The notes: generated by a model not told the origin, from the sequence alone. DNA of 64,000 nt from Azolla caroliniana (GCA_043228905.1 JBHGNT010000017.1:17484001-17548000); one strand, 5' to 3'; positions 26,015 to 40,654 are shown, numbered from the stretch's first letter. Program-made: numbers and translations.

Positions 26015-27439
26015 CACCTTGAGTGGTATCCAGGTCATGCTTTATGATGACTTCTTCATGGTGAACCAGTTCGATATTTGGGATGTATGGTTGGACATAA
26101 GTTGCTTGGAATATGTTGATTCAGCCTAAAATCAATGGAGGGTTGGGTTTGATAGATCCTTTGATGCAGCCAAAAGCTCTCTTGACTAAGTTTGTGATTA
26201 GAGGATTGTTGCTAGGATAAGAAGGAATATTTCTAAATTAGCTAATGCAGTTAACTCCTAAGACAGGAGGAGCATGGTCACCCTCTCTAAAGTGGTTATT
26301 CTTGAATGATATGAAAACGCCAAGGCGGAATTTGGCATCCAATAGATTTTTGCTAGGAATCATAAGAGCATAGGATGTGACTAAATCATCTTAAGTTTGC
26401 ATAAGGACAAACCTTCAACGTGGGATGCATCACTTAATCAACCTCTTCTTGCCAATTCTCTAGGGTAAATTGGATAATGGGCCAGCTGCATATGTAGGAA
26501 CTTGGACTCAATTTCAACAAATGTCACAAGAAGATCGTCTTGCACATCTACAATCAGTTCATGGTGCTAAGATAATGGCTACCCGCATATCAACAACATA
26601 TTCGTTTTCTATAACCTTCCAACCCAGGTAGAAACATCTATGGTTTGGATGCTTCACAAATGATACATTGATGGTTGTTAAGGGTGTTTCACCTAACGGG
26701 TGTGTTGCTTATTTTTTAGGTCCTAGACAACAATAGATTGCAATCTTACCAGTCGGTCATTCATTGAAAGAGAATGTAGCCGCCAATTTGCGGCAATGTG
26801 GAATTTGCCATGAGGCTCAGGACACTACCAAGAATGTCCTATGGTCTTGTCCTTTCGCTCAACAAGTATGATGTGGGGAGTGTTACATTCAATCTTGATG
26901 TTGTATGAGGCAAACGATGTTCAGGAGGCAATGACAATACATAATAGAAGATTGATATTACTTATCCCTTCCAGCAACCTCAAAAGCATGTGCGATCTGT
27001 CAAGATTTGGAAAACAGTGACCACCGTAACGTTATGGGTATTATGGAAATGTCGATGTAACCGACTTTATGATGCGGTAGACATTCATCTCTGTATGGGA
27101 GAACTTGTTTGCAGTTGTCTGTTGCCAGTATGATGATATGCATGGTTCCCTAGACACTGTGAACAAGAGAAGGAAAAAGCTTCTTCACTTATGGAAAACG
27201 TTGCCCCTGTTTACAATGTCAACTCAAGAGCCTCAATGGCACTATTGACTTCCATGGAATCTTTCTTGAATATCAACAAATTTCAACACCTTCTACAAAG
27301 TTCGATATTTGGTCATAGGTTATTTTACATCATTGTATATAAAAAGTTGTAACCTCCTAGGCAATTGGGTTCGAATTATAGCCTTCAGGTGTTGCTTTCC
27401 TAATAGTATTGAAGAAAATCTTTTATATATATAAAAAAA
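26015..27439 (+). mobile_element. 5'-truncated L1-type LINE with A-rich tail and 15-bp TSD
   Basis: GGLGLIDPLMQPKALL (26137) and CGICHEAQDTTKNVLWSCPFAQQV (zf-RVT, ~26800); tail TATATATAAAAAAA; direct repeat CTATCCTTTATTACA at 26000-26014 and 27440-27454. Confidence 0.85.
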
Positions 27440-28396
27440 CTATCCTTTATTACAAAATTTAGGTTAGTAAAAAAAGAAGAAGATGGGCAGCAACAAGTTC
27501 TTGATACACATTGCAACTAGGTATAAAGTTTTCTATTCTGTGTTTATTCTATTTCTCATGCCTTAATTTATATTTACCATTGTAAGTCATTTACATTATT
27601 TTGTAAATATCGATATTATTATATGTTTTAACTTTAATTGTTTATTATTGTTTTAATTCTTAGCTTGGAAGCAAATCTCGTAACATGCTTTGGAGCAAAC
27701 CCTAATCAAAATGAGACGGGTAAATCTCTAATACTATTTGTAACACTTGATTATCACTTAAAAGTAATGTTAACTCATATTGATTTTATGTGTGGTTGTG
27801 CATATATTGCAACAATAGAACACGACATTGTTGGGTGATTCAATTGTTTATCCTTCAAGCTTCGATATTGTGGAACTACATTTTAAAATGTAAGTTACTA
27901 ACATATTATGTAATATTAGCAAGTTATTATACAATATAATTTTTGTATTACTATTATGTAAGCAATAACTTGAATATTTCTGTTATATTGAAATGATATT
28001 ATGTCAACACTATTTGGATTGTCTCTATTATTGCATTGAAATGAAAGAATTTCTAGTAATGAAATGTATAACAAAGAAAGTCGACTATAAGAGCTCAATA
28101 TGAAGGTTGGTAGGATCTTCAAACACAGTGAAAGCTGCAAGACTTTCCTTTCAAGAATCATGGTCAGATTCGTCCTTAGTGGATTATGTAGATCGCATGC
28201 CAAAGTGGTGTTACATCACGCCAAAATGGTTATTTCTAGCTTGACAGCCCAACTAGGAAGGTACATAGTATTTTTCGGAAATTTTACATATTGTACGATG
28301 ATTAGCGCATATTGGGTAATGTGGTTGAATGTCTATGATGACATTTTTGTTGTACATATTGGAGTGTAAAGACACTCTACCTACCAATGGGAGGTA

Positions 28397-28450
<54 letters not shown>

Positions 28451-29799
28451 ACAATGTAGCATTATATAGAGCTTTTCATTTTTTAAATTTGTATGTGGAA
28501 TGATACGATAGTTTTTGCACTCTTATGTCATATGACATACATCTTTAAAAAATGTTCGTAAAAAAACTTTAATATTAACCCATCAAATTTATTCCCTAGT
28601 TCGGACCAATTGATGGAATATGCTGAATATTAAAAGAACTATGAAGTGTCAAAGGTATCTGATAATTAATCATTTACTTACAACTGGTAGTCATATTAGA
28701 TTTCATACAATGGCACCATTCTCTAGATAGGTTGTACACTAGTTCTTCACGAATGGAAGTTTTGGCAATATCACAAAAGTAGTGCAAATGTGTGTGAAAT
28801 GTGAGCGGGACCATCGGGGATTTGAACGAGAGAGGATGGGAATACTGAGTCATCAAAGATAGAGTGCACGTGAATATCAATTTCCACGCGTGATTTTGTT
28901 TGAGGGGGTTAAGTTAGCCCGCCTACTCGTACTCTTGTGTGAATAGAACCTTTCGAGTTTGTATGTGTAAAAAGGTAATTAAGGATTAATTATTTGAAAG
29001 AAATATATTTTGGTGTTTGTATGTTGTGTACATATGTGCACAGGTTCAAATGTAGGTATGCATATGTTTTATATAAAACTATATATATATATATACATAG
29101 AACGTAATATTCGTGTTTGTGGAGGCATTCAAACGTTTGAAAACGTACACGTTTGAAAGGGGAAAAATATGTGTTCCTTTTTTTTTTCTTTTTTTCATTT
29201 GTTTTCATTGCAAATTTAGCCCATAATATAGACCATAGTTAATCCAATCAAACGTGTCAAACCAATCCAACTTTTAGTTGATTTACCATTCACGTTTTAT
29301 TGAATCAAACGCGAATGCGAATGCGAGTATGATACGTATGGTTCATTCTATGTATATATATATATATATATATATAACTAAAATAATATATATATAGCTG
29401 TGTACACTTTGTATATATTATTGGGATGTACATATGTGTCTTCGAGTGTGTTTTTATGTATATAAGGTTTTATGTAATGTGTTATGTCCCAAATATTGTT
29501 AGACTTAACACACACAAAGAACACACGATGGAGACAAAACAAGGGACATAAATGCTCTTTATATTATACAACTCAATGTGTTATGAAAGAGTCCCAATAT
29601 TGGGACAAAACCAAAAGGTGAGTTGGAACAAGTTGGGATGAGTTAGGACAACACCACTCTGATTCGGGGGAGAGACAAACGAGCATCAACTTCTGAAATG
29701 AGGAAATGAGTGAGGGTAAGAAATTCATCCATCTCAAATGTTGGGGCTCTTTTATTTGGAAGACTCATTTCATCTACGAAATTGGAACCAAGTTGCCTT

Positions 29800-30340
29800 G
29801 ACTTGTCCATAAATGTCTTGATGATATATTCTTCTTCCTGTTGTCGTATTGTGGCAGGTTCTTATTACTTCACTCTAGTTCTCGATTAAACTCACTAACG
29901 CCATCATCATCTTCTAGAAGAACTCCAAGTCTCTTCATTTCGGCGTGGTCAACAAACTTCAAGAACGTAAGCACTTTATTCACCACCACCAATCTTTGAT
30001 GTCACTTTGAAAGTTGAGCATAGTGGGGTTCAAACTCACTGAATGCCACCAAAGCATTCTTGTAGGGTTTCTATGATGCTACCCATTTGTCAAACTTGTA
30101 GTGACTTGCTCTCGTCACATCTTTATCTTTGAATTCTTTTTGTTATGCCATTTGAAAGGAACCCCATGTTGTATGGGATTGTTGAAGCTTAATGAGCTCT
30201 TTATTGTAGATCAAAGGACACCACTCGATTAAAGTACTTCGATTTGATTAATTCACTGACACCTTTTTGAAGCATCTCGTTGTTGTATGTATTTAAAAAA
30301 TTTGTGAAGTCTTCATTTTGAGTAGCTATCCTCCCTTGCC
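29800..30340 (-). mobile_element. Highly decayed Gypsy gag-like remnant
   Basis: Minus-strand peptides YNNEMLQKGVSE and TWGSFQMA..KEFKDKDVTRAS..KFDKWV resemble the gag at 55240-55950 (TWGEFESRLLERYGLDDALRLSKRDFMEWV). Confidence 0.45.
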
Positions 30341-31899
30341 GCATGTTTCATGTCGGTTCATTTTGGAAACTCTTCATGAAATTATATAATCCCAAGTTGT
30401 ACCAATCAATTTTCTATGCAAGTTAGAAGCGCCACATGGTGGAACATAACAACTTAATGGCCAAGGAAGAAGCATTCAATGTGATTTGCATTGCTAAGAA
30501 GTGTTGATATTAATCGTTAATTCTCCTTCAACATGAACCTTAGTGCCTTTGTCTATTTGATCACTAGGTCTACGCTAACTTGAAAAAAGAGCAAGATGGA
30601 TGCCAATAGTGTGAATTTGAAATCATCATCTTTTATATGCTTGATGGCCTAGATGTAGTTGCAACTTACTTATTGATGTTGTTCTAGTTTCAATATGTTG
30701 ATCATTATGATGAACCTCTCAAGTAAGGTGGATAATATCATTGACTCTCTTATCCAATTATAAGATGTAACATTTCATAATTATCAATATATAAGATAAA
30801 TCATCGAAGTGAAACAATGAACACTTGACACTTGTCATCACCGAATGAAAATGGGGGAAGATGGTGAGATAAGTTCAAAGTAGAATGAAGGGGCAAACGA
30901 AGCTCCTTGATGAGTAGATTGAAGAAGTGATGCCGAGTTAAGACTAAATGAAAATGACAATGTTATGTGTTTAATAGTTATAAGTGCATTAAATGAAGTA
31001 GATTTACACAAATCATAAATATGTCGATGGGACATAATGCCCCATCCCATGCATGAGATGTTATCATCAATAAACTAAAGCAAATAGAATGCTTTGTTAT
31101 TGCAACACAAATCATAAATATGTAGATGGGACATAACGCCCCATGCATTTCATGTCATCATCAATAAACTAGAACAAATAAAATTCTTTGTTATGGCATC
31201 AAGGTCGGGAGGGATATCAGTGCAAAGAAAAGAAAAAGAAAAGACGAATGAGAATTTTGTGTTGTGCTTTTGAGGATATTTCTATCCCACGATGACATCA
31301 TAGATATTGTGGTGTGCATGTGTTCCTTTGTGCGACCCTTTTAGCACACCCTTTTTAGCACGCATGTAGCTAAGCCAACCCAAATGGGTATCTTTGTATC
31401 AACTATAAATTGAGCAAGAAGTCAGAAGTTGAGTAGGCTGGTTTTGATCTTTTATGTGCTTTCACAATATAGAAGATGAATACAAAGCGTACAGTAAATG
31501 TAGCCAAATAAACATTATGTTGACCACATTCTCCAATAAAGAGAAGTTAAAAGGAATCCATTATCCCACATTTGTCATGCCAATGCCAAACAATATCTAG
31601 AGGATCATCACTTAGTTAAGAAAACTTTTGTTGCTTAGAACTATATTATAACATGTGAAATTGGTTGTCGTATAAATCAACATGACACGCCATTGTTATC
31701 ATTAAATTAACCCTTACAATTACTAACATCACACTAGTAAAATGGAAAAGCAAAGTGCCACCGATGAAATGTGATGCACACGCAAACAATAAAGTTTTAG
31801 TTGTGTGTGTAATGAGTTTTATATTTGCTCCAAATAATTTAGAGATGAAAGCCCAAATGAAAAACTATATTCCTTTCTCATAACTTGTATAGAGATGAA

Positions 31900-32880
31900 G
31901 ATGTGTGTGCAAGTACTTTAAAGAATCCCTAAGTGCAACAAGTGTTTATTCTTTTGTTTAGGAACACTTTTATTACTAGTGGGAAACCTCAAAGTGAGTT
32001 GAAAACCCACAAAGAATAAAGAAATACAAGTGCCGATTAGACACGAAAGAGCTTAAAAGTAGTCAAAGTAAAGATTGTAAATTTGTAGCGTGATGTCTCT
32101 AAGGTGCAGACAATCAAATAGAGATTGCATGAGGGATTGCTTAAAGAAGCTAACTTCATGCAGTTGGTTTCGATTTGTCCAAATGGTCTAGAGTGCCCAA
32201 AATTGTGTCCATTGGAGAAAATAGGCATTGTTGGATAGGGCACACGAAATTTGTTTAAATATCTAAAAGTGTTTCCCAAACCTTCGACCAGGAAATCTGT
32301 GATAAGGAGATGCACTTAGTCTTTGTACAAATGTTGTAGTGAATGAACAAGTCCATAATAAGTGTGGGACCGTTTCCAATCGTCCACCACATATTGCACA
32401 ATGTGGTGAGGCTATCAATCTCTTTTGAAGATTTGACCCAATCGGGAGCACACCCAATAGGCATCTCCATAGGAATACTTGTTGCTTAAGTGGAAGACCA
32501 GAGCTCCATAAGCTTGTAAGACTTTTTTCCCAGTCTTGAATCTTGCGATCTCCATCTAGAGGTGGCATAGGTACTAAGGAAAGTACCAACTCTGTGACTT
32601 GATTCCAAATAACGCGATGATGTGGCCCAAGACTATAACAACATGTCATGTCATTGAAGTGCAATAAGTGACCTTGGTCATTTACCATATCTGCGATTGA
32701 TTTCAGCCCCTTCTTTGCTAAAAAGTAAGCTTTCCTAGGCTCTTGTTTAGCTAGTGACCGTGGGAATATAGCACTTCAACGTAAACTTTCGAGGCCTAAA
32801 GAGTTCCCTGATTTTGAATTCCTACCTCTCCATTTCCTTCCAGTGCTTTAGAAGCTTTGAGCTAAACAGAAAACCGTTGA
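31900..32880 (-). mobile_element. L1-type LINE 3' fragment (zf-RVT), present only in duplication unit 2
   Basis: ORF 32263-32688: LWSSGLPLKQQVFLWRCLLGVLPIGSNL..HCAICGGRLETVPHLLWTC. Confidence 0.75.
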
Positions 32881-33618
32881 TGTTTATTCATGTTGCTAAC
32901 TAGCAAGAATGTTTTTGTTTAGATTTTCATAACAGATGAACAAAGGATTATGGTCATGTTACACTTAATATAACATGATATATTTTGTTGCACATTCCAT
33001 ACATGCTAAAAGAGAGAAGTATACAACTACAAGAAACAAATGAAATCTCTCTTTCGCCCTCATGTCAAATAAGATCAACGTAAATATTATAAGATTTGTG
33101 TAAGAATGGCTTGAAAGATGCAAGATATTGATCTCTTTGGTCTAATAATGAACATTAAATATCAACATAGATTTCTACTTGACTATGCTAACATTTTAAT
33201 TTTCTGGCTACTTCATCCTATGCTAGATAATATCAAGATTGATTTGTATGCTCTATCATACCATTTAGATTTACATGATACTTTGATACCAAATCTACAT
33301 GGTTATCTCTTTCAGTGTATCATTGATAATTGCATGTTTTGTGTAATTGCCATCTGAATAATGTCATTGATAATTGCATGTTTTGTGTAATTGCCATATG
33401 AATAATGTGTATGTATGTTATATTGGTTGAAGTTGGAGTTATATTGGTCTCTTGTTATCCTTTACCACCTTATAATGCAAGTAGGGACAATGTCATGTAA
33501 CTCGTCAGGACTGCCAATATATTATCATTATGGTTTCATCATTCTCACAACCCTAAAAGAAAAGCAACCTATTTACTTCAACATTGACAAAATCCTCAGT
33601 GTTAAAGTCAAGCCTAGC

Positions 33619-33905
33619 TTGTGCTTAAGTTTACTGTGTGATTATGATAGAGGATGACACATCTTGGGAGGCAGAGAAGCTCATGTGCTCCTATGCAAAG
33701 AAAGCCTAAAGCCTAAACCCTTGTGCTTAAGTTTACTGTGTGATTATGATAGAGGATGATACATCTAGGGAGGCAGACAAGCTCATGTGCTCCTATGCAA
33801 AGAAAGCCTAAACCCTAAACCCTTGTGCTTAAGTTTACTGTGTGACTATGATAGAGGATGATACATCTAGGGAGGCAGACAAGCTCATGGGCTCCTATGC
33901 AAAGA
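33619..33905. repeat. 102-bp tandem repeat, about 2.8 copies, downstream of RLK2
   Basis: Units start TTGTGCTTAAGTTTACTGTG at 33619, 33721 and 33823. Confidence 0.9.
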
Positions 33906-34059
33906 ACATACACATACACAAGCTTGAAGTGCATCTCCAGACAACCTCTGTTCCCTTGGATAATTTCAGAATTACTGCTGACATTATTTTCTGAATTACT
34001 GCTGACAATATTTTCTCTAGAGAAAATGCAAAATACCCTTTTTCTCTGACTCACAAACA

Positions 34060-35189
34060 CTATGGAGAGGAAGTTCCAGAGCCCAATGAAGCAGGTTCAG
34101 CAGTAGAATGTGAGCTGGTATCAACAATTGCAGGTCCAGGTGATGGTTCCACTTCAACCTGAATTACCTTTCCTTGCTTCAGAAGAACTAATGCATCTAG
34201 CACATCCAGCATTGTTGACCGATCTTTCGGAGCTTCCTTGGTACAAGCCAATGCCAAAGCCAATACACTGTATATGCACTCCTGGGCTGCTAACCCATCT
34301 TGGATTTCCTTCTTGAGGTCTAGATCAATCACATCCATCCAATTCCCGTTTACTGCAGATTGCACCCATTTGGGTAGGCTTTTTCCGTTCGTGAAAATGT
34401 TGCTGGTCGGACGCAACTTTGTAATCATCTCTAATACCACCACCCCATAGCTATACACATCCACCTTGTCTGTCAATCTCTCACCATATGCATATTCTGC
34501 CAATTGCAAAACAGGGCAAATCATATTTAAAATTAAATCCTCCCTCTTTGATACTTCACCACTAATGAACAGATGATGGAGAAGGCTGACCCATGACACT
34601 TTTGGAAAGGCTTTCTCCAGCTTTGAAGCATTGGGAGTCAAACTTACAATACCACACAGGTTGCAGGGATAGTCTCACATATCACAGACTTCTTCCATAA
34701 GTCTTTACCTCCACTGATAAAGTGCCATGGAGTCATCAAAGAGCAAGCAGAAGAATGAGGACATCAACTGAGACCATGAGAACTAGGAACAAATCACATG
34801 AGCCATACCCACACAAAATTGTCTTCATGTCCTATCTGTCCAAGGACACCCAGAACACTCAGCTTACTAGATGGCATTGCAGGATGCCAACATTGCAGGA
34901 TCCTTGCTTCTAACTCTCCAATTACCATTTCTTTTTACATTAGTTCATATCAACTACTTCATGCATCATTTGATGGTTTCTCTCTCTTTCTCTCTCTTTA
35001 GCTTAAGTTCTATTTTATTTTATTTTTATTTTTGATGAATGGGTAAATACCCCATTTTTGTTGTAAACCAATTGTCTCATGCGCCAATTTTGGTCTTAGA
35101 AAACGTTAATATATCTTTAGAAAACGTTAATATATCTTTCTTTCTTTCTTTCTCTCTCTCTCTCACACACACACACCACACACATACAT

Positions 35190-35230
<41 letters not shown>

Positions 35231-38200
35231 TACATGTACCTAAGAAAAAACCCGAAGATAACAAAGAGATAGCGGACTGGATACCTGGTGCCATATATCC
35301 AATTGATCCTTGCATACCCGACATGGAAACCGCCCGATCAATTTCGGAGTTTATCATCCTGGCAATACCAAAGTCACTGATATGTGCCTCGAAATCCTCA
35401 TCAAGAAGAATATTGCTTGGCTTCAGGTCACAATGGAGAACCCGGCCAAATCCTGTTTCCTTATGCAGATAAACCAATCCTTGTGCCACACCATGTGCAA
35501 TATTAAATCTTTGTTCCCAACGTAACTTGGATTCATTTGTGTGTAGATGCAGATCTAGGTTCCCATTTGGTATGTAATCCAGTATCAAGCATTTCGAATT
35601 TGCAGATGATAAGGTACCAAATATTTTCACGAGATTTCTATGCCGAATTTGACCCAATGTATTTGACTCTGATAGAAAACACTTTTCCACCTCTGGACTG
35701 TTGTGGAGATTCAGTTTCTTGACAGCAATCACCATTCCACTACTTAAAACACCTTTGTAGACTGTGCTCGAACCACCTCTACCAATAATGTTAGCATCAT
35801 TATATTTGTTTGTTGCACGAGAAATCTCTTGGGCGGAGAGTTTGATCCTTCGGTCGAATGTTACAACTTTAGTTTTCCTCCACTTTTTAGTAGCAATTAA
35901 AAAACCGAGTATAGAAATTATTGCACAGATGAAAACCAGAACTACACAAATGATTATGATTTTGGTTTTGACTATGCCATGCTCATGACCTATGGATTCA
36001 GATGCTTTGATTGGACAACTTGAAGTAAGTGGACGCCCACAGAGATCTGCATTTCCGAGATATGAACCACTCAAAAAGCTGCCAAACTGATTTCCTGTAA
36101 AAGGAAACAAATTTTACACATGACATAAAAAACCATAAGCATAAAAAATATCTAAATAAAATGTAAAAACATGAAGATTTAATGATAGCAATAGTCTCAA
36201 GGCCCAAGTCATAGTCAAATGTTACATGGATTGTAAAAGTCATCTTGATATTCTTGTTGTCTATTTACTGAAAACTCTGGTTTCACAAAATCATTTTCCA
36301 CAACCCAAGCGTTGAAACCATATACCAAACCAATGCTAACATTCACTTTCCACAAGCTACGAGTTGAAAATGATATAACGAGTCCAACTAAGATATTGAT
36401 AAATGAAAGAGAATCTGTTATAGAAGTAGAACACATACCTGTTGGGATTGCCCCTGACAACTGATTGTTCGATAGATTCAGGAATGTTAGTGATGTCAAA
36501 GCTCTTAGTTGGGTAGGTATTGTACCACTAAGCTGATTGTTCGAAAGATCCAACGATTCAAGTGGCAGAACCTTTCCGAGACTATTTGGAATTGGCCCTG
36601 TTAGTAGATTTCTTGAAAGATTTAGGCTGAACAATCCGGTCAATGAACCAATCTCGTCAGGTATGGTGCCAGACAGTTTATTCCCCGATAAATCCAAAGA
36701 TATGACAGCATTCAAGAGATACATGTAGTATAATTGTGTACCCTTTGCATCAATGCTCACTTTAACAGTCCATAAAGTTTGGTCTAAACTGGTTGTACTT
36801 TCATTCTTGAAACCCTCTAAGTGGTATATGTCAGCTGGAATTGTACCTGAGAATTGGTTGTTTGAGAGGACCAAAATCTGTAACTGATTCAAATTCCAGA
36901 CCCATAAGGGAAGAACACCCTCTAGGTTGTTATACCCGACATTTAAAAGCCTTAGATTCTTTAGTTGGCCCCAACTGTCAGGGAGAGGGCCACTGAACTG
37001 ATTACGTGAAAAATCCAGTACCAGCAAACTGCTCTCATTCACAAAGGAGGCAGGCAGGCTTCCATTAAAGCTGTTGCCTGCAAGTGAAAATAAATTTAGC
37101 TGTTTCAGTGTGGTAAACTGATTCGGAACCTCACCACTCAAAGAGTTCTCGGAAAGCTTCAGCCGCTGGAATTGTATACAATTGGCCAACTCAACTGGTA
37201 AACCACCCGAGAATTTGTTCATGGACAAGTCTAGATAAACTAGACTTGTGAGATTCCCTAATGACAGAGGGATGGGGCCTTCAAGCCTGTTGGGACTAGC
37301 CTCAAAGTGCCCAAGGTTCACAAGATTTCCTAATTCGGATGGTAGGAATCCTGTGAAATTGTTGTTGCCGAGGGACAGCTGAATTAAAGTAGTCATATTT
37401 CCTAGCTCGGTCAGAATGTTCCCACTCAATCCATTGCTAAAGATAATGAAGATACTTAACTTCTGCATTTTATTTATCTCAACAGGCAATGCACCCATGA
37501 TCTTATTGTCAGAGAGGTCCAGTTCTTCTAAGCTTCTCATGTCTCCGATCTCCCGAGGGAACTCACCAGAAAATTGGTTCTTTCGAGCATATAGGTAATG
37601 GAGGTTAGTGAGGTTTCCAATCTCCTTGGGGAGACTTCCATAGAACTGGTTTTCCGATATGGACAAACTCTCTAGGTTTTTGAGATTGCCAATTGTTGAT
37701 GGTAGTGGTCCAGATAGAGCATTCGAAGAGAGATCAAGCTCTTTCAAGTTCCTGAGGTTCAACTCTTCCGAGCTTTGCATGTCTCCGATCTCCTGAGGCA
37801 ACTCTCCAGAAAGCTGGTTGTTCTGAGCATATAGGTAACGGAGGTTAGTGAGGTTTCCAATCTCCTTGGGGAGGCTTCCATTGAACTGGTTGTAGGATAT
37901 GGACAACCTCTCTAGGTTTTTGAGCTTGCCAATTGTTGATGGTAATGGTCCAGATAGAGCATTCGAGGAGAGATCAAGCTCTTTTAAGTTCCCGAGGTTC
38001 CCTAATTCAGCAGGGATGGTTCCTTGCAATTTAATATTCCAGAACCGCAAATACTGGATGTTTGTAAGGTTTCCAAACTCAGGAGGGATGCCCCCTTGGA
38101 ACTTGTTCTGCAACAGAGACATTATCTCCAGGTTATGAAGGTGGCCGAGTTCTGCTGGGATAACCCCGCCGAGGTTGTTGATCATGAGGTAAAGTTCAAG

Positions 38201-38974
38201 AAGCTTAGTGAGCTTACCGAGCTCAGGAGGTATGCTTCCAGTCAAGTTATTTTGACCCAAATACATGTACTTTAGATTGGTAAGGTTTCCAAGCTCCGGG
38301 GGTATGGTACCCCTCAAATTCGGCAGGTTGTGGAGTTGAAGCATTTCAAGGGCAGTGAGACTGCCGAGGGAAGGCGGGATTGAACCGACCACATCGATAT
38401 TCTTGCTTAAATCAAGCCAGACAAGGGATGTACAATTGCCAATTGAAGCAGGTATGGGCCCAGATAGCAAATTCTCTTGGAAATCTAGATGGGTTAGTGA
38501 TGAAAATTGACCTAACTGGTCAGGTATGGACCCTGTGAGGCCATTGATGGAGAGGTCAAGGTATGTTAGGACGGTGAGGTTGGAGAGGTAAGGGGATATG
38601 GTTCCTGTAAGGTTTCTTTGCCTGAGGTCTAGGGAGGTCACTCTTCTTGTTCCATTGTGGTTTGTGGTGTTCTTGTTGCAAGTGACCCCTGCCCAGCTGC
38701 TGTTGCAAGGGAAGGAATGAGGTGAAGAGCTCCATGAGCTTAACACACGAAGTGGGTCACCATTGATGCTAGCTTTGAAGCTCAGTAGAGCTTCTTTTTC
38801 CATGGTTTCTTCCTCTGCTATGGACAATGTGTACAGGATTGGGCATGAAACAATCAGGAATAGAAAGAACAGGGGAGGTGTGGAGGAGGTACAGGGGATT
38901 ACTACTGCACAAATTCTTCTTCTTCTTCTTCTTAGTAATCTTATCATCATCATCATCATCATCATAATGAACAT
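34060..38974 (-). CDS. LRR receptor-like kinase copy 2 (non-RD kinase, island-domain ectodomain, internal LRR duplication), 3 exons, about 1260 aa
   Basis: Exons 38974-36439, 36094-35285, 34496-34060 (3783 nt, in frame). Same motifs and intron positions as copy 1, with a near-identical kinase exon 2. Confidence 0.92.
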
Positions 38975-40233
38975 GAAGATGTCCTTCTTCTTCTTATAAT
39001 TAGAAGTTAGTACATTTGCTACATTTGCTCTGTTTCTATGGCTCTCTCTATCTCTGTTTTTTGTGTCTTTATGTGTGTGAATATGTACATAGTCCAAAGT
39101 AAATACATTTCCTCTGTCTCTCTGTTCTTTTTGGGTGTCTTTTTGTGTGTGAATAGTCCAAAGTAAATACATAATGGTCATGGTGGGTACCTAGTGCCAA
39201 ACCATACCCATTGACTGACACTTAGATTCGTCAATGAAGAGTATAAATGTCTTGGGTCACAAATATGTCCTGGAGATTTGTGAAGTGTCAAATCGCCATC
39301 TTGTCAACGAAGAGAACGATATAATGAGTGTAAATGTCTTGGGTCACAAATATCTAAGTGTCAAATCACCAACTTGTCAACGAAGAGAGCGATAATGAGT
39401 GCAAATGTCTTGGGTCACAAATATGTGATGGAGATTTGTGAAGCCATTTGCTTGATACACTGATGATGTTGTGCAGAGTGTTAGACAAATGATGTCTAAC
39501 AAAGATGTTAATGTCCGGATTTGAGCTCAAGACCTTGCATTTTGACACAACCTAATAGCTTGCAATGTATGATAAGGTATAATGTACTAGAACACAAATT
39601 GTTGTTTTATCATCCAGAGGAGAGCTATATGAAGAGATCAATATATCATTTTGTATGTGACTCCTTCCATAAGAAATGGGGTTACTTCTTTGTAATAAGA
39701 TTCTCTACGCGAAAATAATGCATGCACATATATGATAAGATGGAATGTAATGGAACACAAATAGTTGTTTTATCATCTATGAGGAGGCCAGTTTTGACCT
39801 GGATGAGATCAATTGTATATCATCCTTCCTACGAAATGGGGTTACTTCTTTGTAATAAGATTCTCTATGCAAAACTAATGCATGCACATATCTACTAACC
39901 CTTCGTGGTGGGGATATGAGTATGTCACTTGAGTTGTCTTCCCCATCTAACAAGTCATCGTACTTCTCGCAAATCACCTTACATGATGAGCATGCAAGAA
40001 GTTATGGATATTCATTCTCCACGACGTTTTGATTGTAGACCTTGCATATCCTTATATTTGGTTGATGATCCAATGATGCTACTTCAATACCTTACTTGTG
40101 GTACTATCTCTAACAACCAATTTTCATGGGGAGAGTAAGATGTGGTTGGATACTTCGTAGCTTTTTTACTAGAGGTGATCCAATCGTTTTGCCTTGTATT
40201 GGTGCCAATATTGGGAAATATCATAGTCATGGT

Positions 40234-40264
<31 letters not shown>

Positions 40265-40654
40265 AGAGGAAAAGTGACATATCATGATTGGCACAAGATC
40301 ATGTTTGTGTTCATAAGAGTCTTGGTGGGGCATCAATATTGAATTTATATTAGTATATGGTAGATCCTTAGTTTACCTTCATTTGATTTATGTTTTGGGG
40401 TGTACGACCTTGGACAGAGATAGTGTCTTGCTTTATTGAAAAGGCAAGAGTTAAGCTAGGAAATAGGATGGTTCAAACTAATTGTTGGCATATCACTAAT
40501 TGTGAAAGGCATGTCAAATGCGTAGGGTCTGTGATGGTTAATAATTTGTTGACATATTGGTAGAGTATGTTGGATTTTGTAGAATGCCATCTTTCAATAT
40601 TAGAAATGGAGGTTCTGGCGACATCAAGGTTATTACCGGTGGGAAGGTAAACAA

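Larger units (their letters stand above)
31690..40654. repeat. Segmental duplication unit 2 (right end truncated by a Copia LTR at 40655)
   Basis: Collinear similarity with 14570-24265; homology stops where the TGTAAAAG LTR terminus begins. Confidence 0.85.

Noticed and set aside
33619-33905. CRISPR-like appearance of the 102-bp, 65-bp and 54-bp repeats
   Set aside because: Contiguous tandem units with no unique spacers, no cas genes, and a eukaryotic context.
34560-34760. LINE RT relic in RLK2 intron 2 (LEKAFPKVSW)
   Set aside because: A single short motif similar to DxEKAFDRVSW; too little to annotate.
38975-39181. N-terminal 69-aa extension of the 988-aa ORF
   Set aside because: Low-complexity, not in frame with the CDS in RLK1, and would bury the signal peptide; treated as 5' leader.
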